From Octopus vulgaris (Eukaryota): a DNA stretch of 64,000 nt. The notes below the pieces were generated by a model. The model ran no database searches. It was given only the letters and a program-made list of their open reading frames with translations, and was not told where the DNA came from. The position numbers were made by a program, and so were the translations under genes. The DNA is taken from NCBI GenBank assembly GCA_951406725.2, contig OX597815.1, positions 196,478,001 through 196,542,000 on the forward strand, read 5' to 3'. Positions 40,708-55,491 of the stretch are shown piece after piece; the stretch's first letter is position 1, and each line of letters opens with the position of its first letter.

Positions 40708-41208
40708 TTCTGATTATGTGTCTATTTACATATGTGTGTGCATGTGTGTGTGTGTGTGTGTGTATACATATGTGTATATATACATATATGCATAAATTCA
40801 TATATCTATACATATATATACATACATACGTATATATATATATATATATATATGCACGCACACACACAAACTTACATACAACATACAGCAGATAAATATA
40901 ATAGTGGATCATGAAACTTCAAAAATAATGTACGCCTGTTCGTGACGTTTCTACTATGAAACATGGTGAAAAGAAAATACAAGATGTCTTAAGAACAAAG
41001 AAACAGAATAATAAATTACAAAAAATTAAAGTAGTCGCTTTAACGCTAAAGGCATCCTCTTAGTCTTGAATGTAGACCGTGAAACACTCTGATAGACAGC
41101 CATAAACACACACACACACACACTAATCTATATATATTACACAATACATTAAACTTTAATATCATTGATTTTCTTTTTTACACTACTAAAAGTCATCACA
41201 CACACACA

Positions 41209-41275
<67 letters not shown>

Positions 41276-41737
41276 CACATATAACTGTCCGCTCTATCAG
41301 CTGTGTATTTTGGAAAGCTACTGCCTTGCTTTATACAATTTTTTCTTATTTATTACCATATCGCTCAAATGTCTCTTAGATCTAAAAAGAAAACGTTTTC
41401 TTCATTAACTAATAAAACAGATAAATTATTCAACGTCGACCAACCAACTATAAATAATAGATTTAGATAGTTTCACTCCATGCTTGTTATGTAGCAAATT
41501 TTCGTCTATTGTTCATAATAGTCCAAACATCAAAAATTAGAAACTCAGTGTAACGTTTAATGGGATTTAAGTTTCCATTAAATTACATCACATTATATTG
41601 AATGCTTAGTATATTGCCTTTGTAACATTTTTTACGCTCATTTGTTTATCTTTCTTTTCTCTATTCACAAACACATATAATTGTGTGTTTATATGCGTGA
41701 CTTTATTTGTGTGGGTGTAGTGAGTAAATGTGTATGA

Positions 41738-41771
<34 letters not shown>

Positions 41772-41824
41772 TATATATATATTATGTATATATCAATACA
41801 TGCACATATGAATGCACAATACAC

Positions 41825-41878
<54 letters not shown>

Positions 41879-41892
41879 GAATGCACAAGCAC

Positions 41893-41952
<60 letters not shown>

Positions 41953-42004
41953 CATACACACAATATATATATATAATATATATATATATATTATATATAT
42001 ATTG

Positions 42005-42310
42005 TTATTAAAGCAGCAAAAATACTGTTACTCAGAGTCTCACGTTCCCGTTCGTCGGACAGTTTTGTTTAGAATGGAACAAAAATAAGGTTAGAAGCAA
42101 AGGTATACAATTAGTTTAATATATACTATTAAACTAATTGTATATTTTGCTTCTTGTCTTATTTTTGTTACATTCTAAACAAAACTGTCTTAACATGAAA
42201 CTCTGAGTAATAGTCTTTGTGATATTTTTGCTCCTTTTTAAAAAAACTTATTGCTTTACCTCTAGTATTCGCGTACTATTTTGTCCAACTTGTTTCGCAT
42301 TTATTTTCTT
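42005..42310. mobile_element. Fold-back mini-element (inverted pLTR-like arms)
   Basis: 42012-42122 complementary to ~42127-42234; right side extends further; flanked by TA-rich repeats. Confidence 0.8.
42024..42063 (-). ncRNA. Minimal type-I hammerhead motif (CCGACGA core)
   Basis: ACUGU CCGACGA ACG-GGAA-CGU GAGA CUC-U-GAG UA ACAGU; 5-bp stem I; GAAA retained in the sister arm. Confidence 0.65.
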
Positions 42311-42344
42311 TATATATACATATATCCTTGTTTCTTTCTGTATT

Positions 42345-42382
42345 TCTTTCTGTGGAAGAGCGTAGGCTCGAAACGTTAAAGA
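42345..42382 (+). ncRNA. Minimal hammerhead motif in family E pLTR (42325-42465)
   Basis: UCUUU CUGUGGA A GAGC-GUAG-GCUC GAAA CG UU AAAGA. Confidence 0.6.
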
Positions 42383-42482
42383 CTTTTCCACTTCCTGAGC
42401 GTTATACTAATATATCTGTTTGTTGTTTACATCAACTGCCTTCGCTTTTCATTTTTCTGTGAATTCTCTCTCTCTCTCTCTT

Positions 42483-42525
<43 letters not shown>

Positions 42526-42558
42526 GCACAAATATATGCATAAATACATACATACATT

Positions 42559-42590
<32 letters not shown>

Positions 42591-43026
42591 ACTTATAGTT
42601 ATAACTTTTGCATATAAGCGAATTTGACGAATGCGATAAATTGTTAAGTGTTACAAGCAACACTTGCCCTATATTCGTGTCTAGTTGTGATTGAATAAGG
42701 CCAGAAAATTGCAACCGAAGCAATAATCAATACGATCAGCAAAATGGAACCGTGTCAGTTATTCACATCAGAAGAAAAATCGATAAATTGCTCTAACCCA
42801 GTGTTGGCAATGTAACAGAACCCAAAATATTATGTAAAACCGAGTTTGATTGCACAGATCATTGTTTTAGCTTTTTCTCTTAATTCCAGCCTCAGATTTT
42901 CTTATTTTGTTCCCATTTATTTTCTTTTTTTAACACATTTCTTTTGATCAATCGAATTTTTCTCTTTTATTTTATTCTGTATATTTTTTTTCTCACAGAT
43001 CCTCGTCCATTGATCATGACGCCATA

Positions 43027-43467
<441 letters not shown>

Positions 43468-43714
43468 GTTTTATCGTTGTTGATATGATTATTTTGTCTC
43501 TTTCAATACTGACTTTGCCAGTGATGTGAATATTATCGCCATTATTTCTTACAGAGTGATAAGAAGAACAAAAACGGTGTAGGGGAGTCAGCGTTGCGGA
43601 TGCTCGACTAAAACGCTCGCTATACACATTTTGATATAGAGTACGAATCACTGTAGATCACGTTTTAATCTTACCAGGATCTGAATATATGTACTGCTCA
43701 TGTATTCCTTTCTT

Positions 43715-44119
43715 TCCTTTTATTCTTTTCTTTGTTTCACTCATTTCACGGCAGCCATGCTGGAGTACTACTTTTAGTCGAACAAATCGACCCCAGGACT
43801 TAGACTTATTCTTTATAGCCTAGCAGTTATTTTATCTGCCTCTTCTGCCGAACCGCTAAACGACGGGGACACAAACACAGACACACAACAAACACACACA
43901 CACACACACACACCAACCCACGCACACACATATGTATATATATATATATATATATATACGACGGGCTTCTTTCAGTTTCCGTCTACCAAATCCACTCAAA
44001 AGGCTTTAGAAGGCCCGAGGCTATAGTGGAAGACACTTGCCCAGTGTCCCACGCAGTGGGTCTGAACCCGGAACCATGTGGCTTGTAAGCAAGCTACTTA
44101 CCGCACAGCCACTCCTGCA
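43715..44119 (-). mobile_element. SINE family A
   Basis: Family A match with a small internal deletion. Confidence 0.88.
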
Positions 44120-44186
44120 CCAAATTTATTTAGAAGCCACTTGCCTTAGTTGTTGACCAAGTTTCATTGTAATATTTAATCATTAT

Positions 44187-44398
44187 AAGGCTGTGAGGTA
44201 GCTGAATCGTTAGCACGCCGGTCAAAATGCATATCGGCATGTCGTCCGTCTCTATGATCTGAGTTCAAATTCCACCGAGGTCAAATCTGCCTTTCATCTT
44301 TACGGAGTTGATAAACTAAGTACCGGTTCAGTACTGGGGCTGATTTATCTGATTTATCCCTCCTTGTACATGCTTGCCTTGTTTCAAAATTTGAAACC
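44187..44398 (+). mobile_element. SINE family B (tail type 2)
   Basis: TSD aatatttaatcat at 44171-44183 and 44399-44411. Confidence 0.85.
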
Positions 44399-44729
44399 AA
44401 TATTTAATCATCATGTACATTTAGATCATTGATGCTGCTACTGTTGATGTCATAATGTCTATGGAAGTTGCTCCAAATAGTGAATGAATCAACATAATCA
44501 TTCGGCAGGCCCGATCTTATTGTCGTAAAAAGACAGAAACACATTACATAATATAATTGCAGAGTCTCCATGATATTTGAGCTTCATGTGAAACTATTTC
44601 ATCGTACCTCATCATACATCGTCACATATGCTGTCGTGAAAAGCATGAATGTATGAACGCCAATGTTATATTGTGCACTGATATTTATGGTAAAAGAAAT
44701 TTGTAATAGTATATAGTACAAACTATATA

Positions 44730-45107
44730 TCTTTCTCTATATATAAAGCTGAAGTTGTCAGTGTATGGAATATTTGGTAGCCTTCAACTAACACTATCTC
44801 CTCCGAGACCAAAATTGAGAGTATGATAGAAGAAGGCTTGTGCTTCCTTCCGCAGCAGACACATTTCAAATCGGACCACCTTAACACAAAAAAATATTTA
44901 CATCAAAAAGGTGCTTTTTTTTCTATGAAAATCCCTATTTTTTACGATTTTGTGACTGCTGTGTCGCCAATTTTTCTGTGTATTTCAACCAGAAAAAATT
45001 TCACTTTAAGAGAATAACAAGCTACATAATGCAACATTTTTACTTTTCAAAAATTCCAATTCTAAAGGGTCGAAACAAACCCGAGCAACGCCGGGCGATA
45101 CTGCTAG
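44730..45107 (+). mobile_element. Non-autonomous Helitron
   Basis: A|TC start, subterminal hairpin cccgagcaacgccggg, CTAG|T end, no TSD. Confidence 0.85.
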
Positions 45108-45767
45108 TAATCTACAAAACAACGTTTGGCTAAATTATGTCTTCCTATAAGTTAGGCACGTTGATTACAAATTTTATTATGCTGTGCATAAATAATGTAC
45201 ATTCAGAAAAATTGAAAACGTGTACATTGAATGTTATACAAATTATTTATATTATATATAGATTTTGTATTATCTACTAAACTTTTAGTGTTGATACATT
45301 TAATTATATTAATCGATAACCGCCACCTAAATGTCATTACAAAGAATGAACATATTGGCAAAAGTTTGGAAACTGGCACATCCCATTCTAAACAATAAGA
45401 CTAGAAGTGTTTCGATATTTTGACATTTCGCTCAAACGTGATTCTACAGGTTTTCACTTTGAATTTGATCATTATTAAATGAACTCGGTAGATCTGAACT
45501 GTTAATAAATTTTTAATTGTTATTTATTGTTAATTAATATATTTTTTATCAGAATCTTACTTCACAGAAAATTAATGCAATTAACTATGTTAGTATCAGA
45601 TCTTTACAAATTTGATATTGTAATATTCCCAACTTCATGTTAAAATACTATTCATTCTAAAGACAGGTTCTAAGAAAATGTCTACTTAAACCAATAGATA
45701 TTTATTTATAAGATTAAAATTGTACATTCTTAAAATGTATATTTCAGCCTGGTCAAAGCAACATATA

Positions 45768-46169
45768 TTCTTTTATTCTTTTACTTGTTTCAGTCATTTG
45801 ACTGTGGCCATGCAGAAGCACCGCCTCCAGTCGAGCAAATCGACCCCGGGACGTATTTTTGTAACCCAGTACTTACTCTATCGGTCTCTTTTGCCGAACC
45901 GCTAAGTTACGGGGACGCAAACACACCAGCATCGGTTGTCAAGCAATGCTAGGAGGACAAACACAGACACACACACACACACACACATAAATATATACAT
46001 ATATGTGACAGGCTTCTTTCAGTCTCCGTCTACCAAATCCACTCACAAGGCATTGGTCGGCCCGGGGCTATAGCAGAAGACACTTTCCCAAGATGCCACG
46101 CAGTGGGACTGAACCCGGAACCATGTGACTGGTTAGCAAGCTACTTACCACACAGCCACTCCTGCGCCT
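45768..46169 (-). mobile_element. SINE family A
   Basis: Full family A match. Confidence 0.92.
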
Positions 46170-47299
46170 TACAATGTGGACATTAATCGATCAATTGATT
46201 ACAAAGAACACAAAGATACTATATAACATGCATTCTGTAAATATAAAACGATTCGCCTTGTATTTTTCAAATACATAGAAAATTTCATTAATATCCGTTA
46301 CTAATTCTGATGCACATAAAAAGAGAACTAGAACAGAAGACCGAATGCTTTAGCTAATTTAAGTCGGTACGGAATACTATGTTTGCCTGATAGAATTGTT
46401 TCTACAGAACATCTTAGTTCTGAGTATTAAATGCGAATTTCAGTTTGACAGTTGCAGGCATAAAGTATGTACTGCTTCAGAATTCCAAAGACCAGATGTT
46501 CCATGTGTGTGGGCCTGCTATCGTTTTCCGATGAGAACTGCTGGCGTGGACGAATTATGGGTGTTAAGTAAAGGAGAGTAAACTTTCTGTTGTTAACTGG
46601 AGCAACACGATAACTGCTTAGAGTATCAATTTCACCTCGGCTTAATGTCGATTAGAGGAAAAGCAACTTCTATATTTCAATATCCTCTTCATGTGTGTCT
46701 CCATCAATTTTGAGATTATTGGAAGTTAGTACGACGATAGAATAACTGGAAGAGTTAGAGGATTTTCTTTCTTTGGAATTTGACATTTTGAAGTGTGTGT
46801 GGAAAATATGACATATTTTGTGAGAGACTGATGCAGCTAAGAAAATATTAGTTTTTATTTCTTTTAGTATAAAGGCTGGTTCTTGAGAATATTGGACGTA
46901 TCATCTATTTACGGGTTTTGTTGAGTTGTTGCAAAGTAGGGGTCCCTTTTAACTTGTCACCTACATTCATGTGGTATTGATTACGCTGGGATCAAAAGTG
47001 TTTAATTCAACCTTCTCCCTTTTTCTGCGATTTAAATAAGTTCTTTTTGGAAACCAGATCCAATGGGGACAAGTTTGTAAAACTGTTTCATCCGTCAGAA
47101 ATCCGGTGATAAATTTTGAAGCTTCCTACTAGATCTTGTATTTACATTCCTTGTGGGAACTTCACTCTTATAGGATTCAGTTCTTTCTCATACTTAAATC
47201 GTGGCTTCCTGTTAAATTCGTCCTTCGTGACAGGTGTTAATGCATTTTTAAAAATATTTCTCTGAACAACTCTATCTATTCAACATGTTTCGTATTTTA

Positions 47300-48470
47300 A
47301 CAAACACTATCTATTTGCTCTCATTTTATTTTACAACGCATCTATTTGCCCTCGTTTCTCACATCACCTTCTTCTCTGCAGATGATACAAAACTTCATCC
47401 CCCATTAATATTCCGTCCATATGGAAGCACTCCGTCGGTTACGACGACGAGGCGGGGATATTCAGCGTGACACAGAGAGTGACAAGGCCGGCCCTTTGAA
47501 ATACAGGTACAACAAAAACAGGAAGTAAGAGTGAGAGAAAGTTGTGGTGAAAGAGTACAGCAGGGATCACCACCATCTCCTGCCGAAGCTTCGTGGAGCT
47601 TTAGGTGTTTTCGCTCAATAAACACTCACAACGCCCGGTCTGGGAATCGAAACCGCGATCCTATGACCGCGAGTACACTGCCCTAACCACTGGGCCATTG
47701 CGCCTCTACTCCGTTCATATACTGGTGTAAAGACACAACATGCCAAATAATCACAGATACCATGAATAGAGAGATCTGGAAACTTCTTCCAAATGGACCA
47801 AGCAAATCTAGATTAGCTCAGCTTAAGCAATGCATCACCATTGTGTTATATATTACGGAAAGCTTATCTTAATACACATCACCTAAAGCATAAATGGAAC
47901 TCAAATAGTAATTTGATGGTCATGACAAGTGTTATGATTTACTATCTCTAATATACACTCTTGGCAAACAAACAAATAACTTGCGCAAGCCGCATCAATG
48001 AAACTCGCCTTTCTAGTCACCTTTCTAGATTTCATACCAGAACTACTTACTCTACGAACCTTAGATAAGACAAAGGATGAAATGTCAGACACATTACAGA
48101 TTCTGATGAATTTTTCACACAAATAAGCATTATTAATCACGCCTGAAGAAAAGTGTTTCGATCATACAAGCACATTCAACATCTGATCCAGAGACAAATT
48201 ATTCTTTCTTTGTAACCTTCCTATTTCTGCATTGGAATCCGCACCAGAACGTTATCTAGCCTTGCCCCCTCCATTCAATATTCCTGACATACATGTATCT
48301 TCTAATATGTATCCATATTAAAATTTTAACTATTTTCAGTTTCATTACGAAACACTATGTTTATTGCTTCCTCATCAACGCTTGACTGCTCTGGAATCTC
48401 CGTGCACTTATCTTTAATATATCCATGGATTGGCAAATCTTAAGGTTAAGCTTTGAGAATATTCTTCATT
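47300..48470 (+). mobile_element. Old LINE RT/C-terminal remnant interrupted by SINE C
   Basis: FSADDTKL motif and weak downstream LINE-like peptides; heavily decayed. Confidence 0.4.
47423..47708 (-). mobile_element. SINE family C with ~100-bp internal deletion
   Basis: Near identical to 890-1270; TSD tccgt(c/t)catat at 47412-47422 and 47710-47720. Confidence 0.9.
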
Positions 48471-48889
48471 AAGGTCACGGAAGCATGATGCAGGTCATGG
48501 GCACACATTCTTTTTCTAGTCTGATTAAATAATGAAAACATAAATCCTTGAGTGCATCCTCTACTTTTAAGACGGGAGACTACTTTTTGAACAAAATTTG
48601 AGTGGCTGTTTCTAACAAACCCCTTTGTTTATTGAGGATAAAACGGATTTGTACTGACATAGGGGATTACTGGAAACATGCAAATGCTTTTGTATGTCAT
48701 TATGTCAAATACGGTTACAGTTAATCACGATAAAAATAAATAGCAAATGAAATCGCTAAGATTTGCAATGATGGTCAAACCTATACGCATAATCTTAGCA
48801 AACACAATACAATAGATGAGAGAATTCCTTTCGTGATTAACTGGCACTGACATTTCGCCAGCATTTCAAAAGTGTTGCTTGAAAGTTAC

Positions 48890-49370
48890 CAGCATGTGGC
48901 GAAAAACTTTGGGAGACTGTGGTGAAACTTGGTTGGAGAGAGAATTAATGTTCGAAGGATATATGTGCGTAGCAGCAATATGCTTATGTCCAGAAGGTTT
49001 TAGAAGTTGTTTTCAGAAAATTTCTAGTTTCACCAGCACTAATTTCTGACTTCCTAATCTCTTAATTGTAATCCTATGGGCACGGTTACGAAAGAGACCA
49101 ACCACTTCTCCTGCAACCCCGGGGCCAGGTTAAAGGCAAAGATCAAGATTTTCGATGATATTCCCAGGGAAACGGTGAGAATTGCATGTGCCAGGCTCCG
49201 AAGCAGTATTGAGACTGTAGTGGAAGCTGAGTGCGGCTGCTTTGAGCAAACTATTTTCTCCCGGCCGTAATGTAATTGATATTTTTGAAATTTTTTAAAA
49301 CATACATTTTTTTCGGATGGGTTGTAGTGCTTCCTTTTATGCAAACTGTAAAATTAGCCAGAACACACAA
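48890..49370 (+). mobile_element. Tc1/mariner (maT/DD37D-like) 3' fragment
   Basis: ETN...RIACARLRSSIETVVEAECGCFE then terminal gcaaactgtaaaattagccagaacac. Confidence 0.65.
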
Positions 49371-49499
49371 TACTGTAAGGCGTGACATGGATATTTGCAA
49401 CAGAAACTCCAAAGCCGTGAACAGTAGAAACTGAACAGATGCTCTGACTGCATTCGCCCCACATTTTTTGATAGGGCCTTAAATTTAAATCAAACGCTA

Positions 49500-50005
49500 T
49501 GTGAGGGCACCTGAAGGCTGTGGTCAGTCTCTGGCTGGGGAGAGTTTCTACTGGAAGGCCATATGTGTAGCAGTATATTGCGGCTCCTTGTCATACATCT
49601 GGAAAGTGTCAGAATTGATTATCGAAGAATTTCTGCAACTTAACCACCCTCAATTTCTGACCTTCCAATCATCTCGTTTATAATCCAATGGATTATTATG
49701 TATGGGGCGCGGTTGAGAGAGACACCAACCGCTCTACCTGCAAAACCAAGCCCGAGTTACTGGTTAAGAGCAAGGAGGTGTTATAGAATCTTCCTTAGGG
49801 ATACAGCCAGAAACGCATGCGCCAAGTCGCAGAGACATCTTGAAGCTGTAGTAGAAGTTAAGGGCTGCTACTTAGCACAAATTGCTATCTCCTAGCCACA
49901 ACCGAGTTAATATGCTTTGATGTCTCAAAATACTTTTATCTTTGGATTGGATTTTGTGTTTTGTTTCCTTTTATGCAAACTATCAAATTTACCCCGAACA
50001 CTCTG
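49500..50005 (+). mobile_element. Tc1/mariner (maT/DD37D-like) 3' fragment, related second copy
   Basis: NPMDYYVWGAVERDTN...NACAK...LEAVVEVKGCY; terminus ccccgaacactctg. Confidence 0.75.
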
Positions 50006-50190
50006 TGTGTATGTGTGTATGTATGCGTGTATGTGTGTATGTATGTATGTATGTATGTATGTATGTATGTATGTATGTATGTATGTATGTATGTTTGTAT
50101 GTATGTATGTATGTATGTATGTATGTATGTATGTATGTATGCATGTATGTGTGTATGTGTGTATGTATGTATGTGTGTATATATACGTAT
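50005..50190. repeat. (TATG)n microsatellite
   Basis: Direct reading. Confidence 0.95.
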
Positions 50191-50977
50191 GAGTGTGAGT
50201 GCGCGTATGTATCTATATATATTTATGCATGTATGTATAGGTATGTATATATGTGCGTGCGTGCGTGCGAGTAACTCGTCCATTGGGCACGGACAGTCAT
50301 TAACCTTTGTTTGGTAAGTTTATCCCTCCCATCAGCTAGTGTGGCATTAAAGAAGAATTTTTTTACTTGAGTCGGAATATTTATAAACTACATACAAACA
50401 CAGTTCCAAAACAAATGCGTCTTTCAAATAGGCGTAGTTATAATACAAAAAATAATTGAAGACGCATTATAGCAATCTTAATGTTTTTCGAAGCGCAGGT
50501 GGATCATAAAATCTTCTTGAAAGTTGATACCACAATAATTTAAGATTTTAGTGTTTATTTTATAACCATTACGAGGAGAAGCACATCTCCGAATAATATA
50601 ACAGCGTTACTACATTATTGGGAAGATTAATCTCCAGGGTGTTCCTGTATTTTGTAATTATGTTCTATCAAAATTTTGATTAGATGCTTGCCCGAATCAA
50701 AAAGCAAACAATAAAAGCACAATATCGTGGCAATATTATATAGTAATATGAAAGAATCTGTTTGTAAGGGAACTTTTATTTCTTCACAAATTGACTTTTA
50801 TATTGATATGAATAGGCGTTATTATAAGGAACTTCAATTTTAGTGATCATTCAGTTGGTTAGCTCGAGTAAACAATATTTTTTCTCTTTTATCTGAAACA
50901 CAAAAGCTAGACTTTTACAACAATTTTATTTCAGCTTTTTAAAAATTCGGTGACATTTTCATTCCACCATCATCGCC

Positions 50978-51037
50978 ATTATTATTAGTTATTGTTGTTA
51001 TTATTATTAATATTATAATTGTTGCTGTTGTTATTAA

Positions 51038-51088
<51 letters not shown>

Positions 51089-51099
51089 CATTATTATTA

Positions 51100-51169
<70 letters not shown>

Positions 51170-51320
51170 CATTATTATTAATATTATTATCATCCTCATC
51201 ATCATCATCAACCACGCATTATTTTTTTTTTTTATCATTTCATTATATGTATACCCCAACACTTTATGTCTGTCTTTGTATTGTCACCCTCATCCTTCGC
51301 CCTTGTGGCATATAAATGAA

Positions 51321-51355
<35 letters not shown>

Positions 51356-51371
51356 TATTATTATTACTATT

Positions 51372-51469
<98 letters not shown>

Positions 51470-51565
51470 TATTATTGTTATTATTATTAGAAGTATTAGT
51501 ATTAGTATTATTATCATTGTTGTTGATGCTGTTGTTGTTGTTGTTATTGCCATCGTTATTATTAT
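50978..51565. repeat. Two (ATT)n arrays
   Basis: Direct reading. Confidence 0.95.
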
Positions 51566-52403
51566 ACCAAATTTACTACTGGCATCGTTGCATTGTGGAT
51601 ATATTCACGCTCCGATGAACTCATGAATATGTTTTAGGATATTGAACATTCGCTTTTACATCACTATTCAACACTATTAATTGAAATCTTCAATTTTTCA
51701 CGTGTATAGGCTTTAGTGCTCCTTTCATATTCAAAAGCTTCTAATTGTCATGCAAATATTGAGATGGGTGAACAACGATTACTTCCTTATAAAAAACAAA
51801 GTATAAATCAATTACTGAACACCACTGTGCAGATTAAATTTCTTTCATAAATATGTAAAGTTATCAATATGGATTTCAATATCTTCCCTGCAGCATACTG
51901 GACTGTCAATACGTTTATCAGAATTCCTTTATGGAAATAATGCGAGTTAACAATACAAGTTTATTGCCAATATTTTTTTTCTTAGGTATTAGTTTTTTTG
52001 CCTAAGAGTGTGGTTTTATGGGTCTGAAGATAGCGCTGAGTTAAGAAGCATTCAAAGACGCTCAAAGCATTCTATCGTCAGCTATATTTTGCATAGTCTG
52101 TCTATGCTCTAAGAGGTATTCCTATCAAAATAATGTACATACTAATATATTTGTTACTTACACAGATATATTTCCCATCCCAAGATACAAAAATGTTTCA
52201 ACAGATTTTATAGTAACAAACTTAAACGACAAATGCAGAACGAAATACTCACGGGCGCACAAACAAATACACAAAGGCACACACACGCGCGCGCACACGC
52301 ACACACACACACATACACAGATATATATACATGCCTTTGTATACATATATATGAATATATATGTATGCGTATATATATACATATATAGCCATATGTACAT
52401 GTA

Positions 52404-52437
<34 letters not shown>

Positions 52438-52439
<2 letters not shown>

Positions 52440-52590
52440 CGCAGGAGTGGCTGTGTGGTAAGTAGCTTGCTAACCAACCACATAGTTCCGGGTTCAGTCC
52501 CACTGCGTGGCATCTTGGGCAAGTGTCTTCTGTTATAGCCCCGGGCCGACCAATGCCTTGTGAGTGGATTTGGTAGACGGAAAAAAAAAA

Positions 52591-52622
<32 letters not shown>

Positions 52623-52822
52623 TTGTGTGTCTGTGTTTGTCCCCGTAACATCGCTTGACAACCGATGCTGGTGTGTTTACGTCCCCGTCACTTAGCGGTT
52701 CGGCAAAAGAGACCGATAGAATAAGTACTGGGCTTACAAAGTAAAAGTCCCGGGGTCGATTTGCTCGACTAAAGGCGGTGCTCCAGCATGGCCACAGTCA
52801 AATGACTGAAACAAGTAAAAAA
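52438..52822 (+). mobile_element. SINE family A
   Basis: Full family A match in (TA)n context. Confidence 0.92.
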
Positions 52823-52823
52823 A

Positions 52824-52914
<91 letters not shown>

Positions 52915-52970
52915 GATATATATGCATATATATATGGATATATATAATATATATACATATATATGTATAT

Positions 52971-53001
<31 letters not shown>

Positions 53002-53525
53002 GTATGTATATATATACATATATATATATATGTATGTGTGTGTTCATATGTTGTGCCTATGAGTGTGCTTCTATAAATTTATATAAAATACGCACAAGTA
53101 TTTACACATATCGATGTATATGTATGTATATACGTATATATATGTATAGTCTTAATACGTATTCTTTACAGATATATATATATATATATATATATATCCT
53201 TTGAAGTATTCCCTTTGATAATTATATACACTCACAAATTACTTTGCAAGGCACCTTCAACTTAATTTCATTTTTGTTTTCTGTGTACATGATAACGGCA
53301 CGCTACTTTTAAAAATCCCATCTCAGACTTAACAGAAGACACGACGTACATCATCCGGGTAATGCATTTCTGTGAAACTACGCAGTAATAAACGTATAAT
53401 TAATATTTTATAACCTTGAAGACATACAGGGTTACACACTGCACGCACGCATCCACACGTTAATTTACGATATTATACTCTGGCATTGTCAGTTGTTTCA
53501 GCCATTTCGTAAAAAAATAACGGAT

Positions 53526-53533
53526 ATGTGTGT

Positions 53534-53583
<50 letters not shown>

Positions 53584-53702
53584 TGTGTGCGTGTGTGAGT
53601 GTGCGCGCGCTTGAAGGAATCTGAGTGTGTGCGTAAATGTGTGTGAGAGTATCTCTACTTGTATAACATACAAAGAAGCACAAATACATATATGCGGAAC
53701 TT

Positions 53703-53771
<69 letters not shown>

Positions 53772-53786
53772 GTGTGTGCATTATTA

Positions 53787-53822
<36 letters not shown>

Positions 53823-53857
53823 GTATGTATGAATATATATGTATCTATATATATGTA

Positions 53858-53917
<60 letters not shown>

Positions 53918-54088
53918 AGAGAGAGAAGAGAGAGAGTTACAGCATTTACGTATATATGTATTTACCTCTCTCTCGCTCTCTCTGTATATATATATATGCA
54001 CATGCATGGATAAATATATGCATATATGATATGTGTGTTCATGTGTAATGTGTGCACGTATGTTGTGCGTGTGCATGTGTGGTTGTAT

Positions 54089-54148
<60 letters not shown>

Positions 54149-54150
54149 TG
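53526..54150. repeat. Compound (TG)n/(CT)n/(TA)n microsatellites
   Basis: Direct reading. Confidence 0.9.
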
Positions 54151-54931
54151 TGAATTCATATGCATGTGAATGTGTTTGACTTTTCAGCATTGAAAACGTT
54201 TTCTTTCCATGTGCAAGATATGTTGAGAAAAATTTTCTTTATTCTTTACAGTTTTTATCCCCGAATTACTCGTACTGCATGTTTACAGCTGTTTTACTTT
54301 AACACACACATGTACCTTCTATTCTGCTCCTAATTGATTTCACTTGTATTGAAACATTTTTATATTGTTTTTCTTCTAGTTTGTGCTTCATGTGCTTGTA
54401 TAATGCCAATCAGCCTTCTATTGTTCTTTTCTGAATATTTTACAAAGCTCTGTATGTTGCTAGGCGTATTAGTGCCAAATGAAAACACCGTGTATCTTAA
54501 CTGAATACAAGGAAATAGAAAACACGAATATGTAATGGATGCTGTAGTTTAATACGTTTCAAGTATGGCATAAACAAGGGTGAAATATATAAAAAGAGCA
54601 TTATGATCACTGTGACTTGTAATACTACTGAAGACAGAATTAGATATCTAAATCAACATCTTAAAAAGAATAGCTATCGTTTTTAATGAGAACGGTAATC
54701 ACACGAATTAAAAATACTGGTAACAGAGAACTAAACAAATACAACACTTTCATTTATAAGAAATATCCAGTTTGAAAAGTTAAGTGGTGGCATTTCACAA
54801 CTGCTGGTTTGCTGTGCTTTTGTTTTTTCTTAAGTATAATGGGTTTTAAAAATATTTATTTCGCTAAAGGTATTAAGAGATGTGTTAAGATTAAATCTAA
54901 ATTCAGTCTCCACTGAGCCAGTATTATCATT

Positions 54932-55349
54932 CTTATTTTTTAATTGCCAACAAGCGGCTAAACATAGAGGGACAAACAAGGACAGACAAACGGATTAAGA
55001 TGATTACATCGACCACAGTGTGTAACTGGTACTTAATTTATCGACCCCGAATGGTTGAAAGGCAAAGTCGACCTGAGCGGAATTTGAACTCAGAACATAG
55101 CGGCAGACGAAATGCCTATTTCTTTACTGCCCACAGGGGGCTACACAGAGAGGGGACAAACAAGGACAGACAAACGAATTAAGTCGATTATATCGACCCC
55201 AGTGCGTAACTGATACTTATTTAATCGACCCCGAAAGGAGAAAAGGCAAAGTCGACTTCAGTGGAATTTGAACTCAGAACCTTAAAAACAGACGAAATAC
55301 GCTAAGCATTTCGCCTGGCGTGCTAACGTTTCTGCCAGCTCGCCGCCTT
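54932..55349 (-). mobile_element. SINE family B: full copy plus tandem 5'-truncated copy
   Basis: 55116-55349 full; 54932-55115 repeats the B box to tail; tattatcatt on both flanks. Confidence 0.85.
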
Positions 55350-55465
55350 ATTATCATTTCCATTAAGCCATTATTATCAATCTGTGAACTGAGTTAGTAT
55401 AGGACGAGTTAGGGAAAATAAAACGAACATATGTCATAGGTTGAAAAAGCATTACACTGACAGGT

Positions 55466-55491
55466 TGTTTTATTTCTACCCACAAGGGGCT
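55466..55491 (-). mobile_element. 26-bp retroposon tail micro-insertion
   Basis: agccccttgtgggtagaaataaaaca between 15-bp direct repeats attacactgacaggt. Confidence 0.75.
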
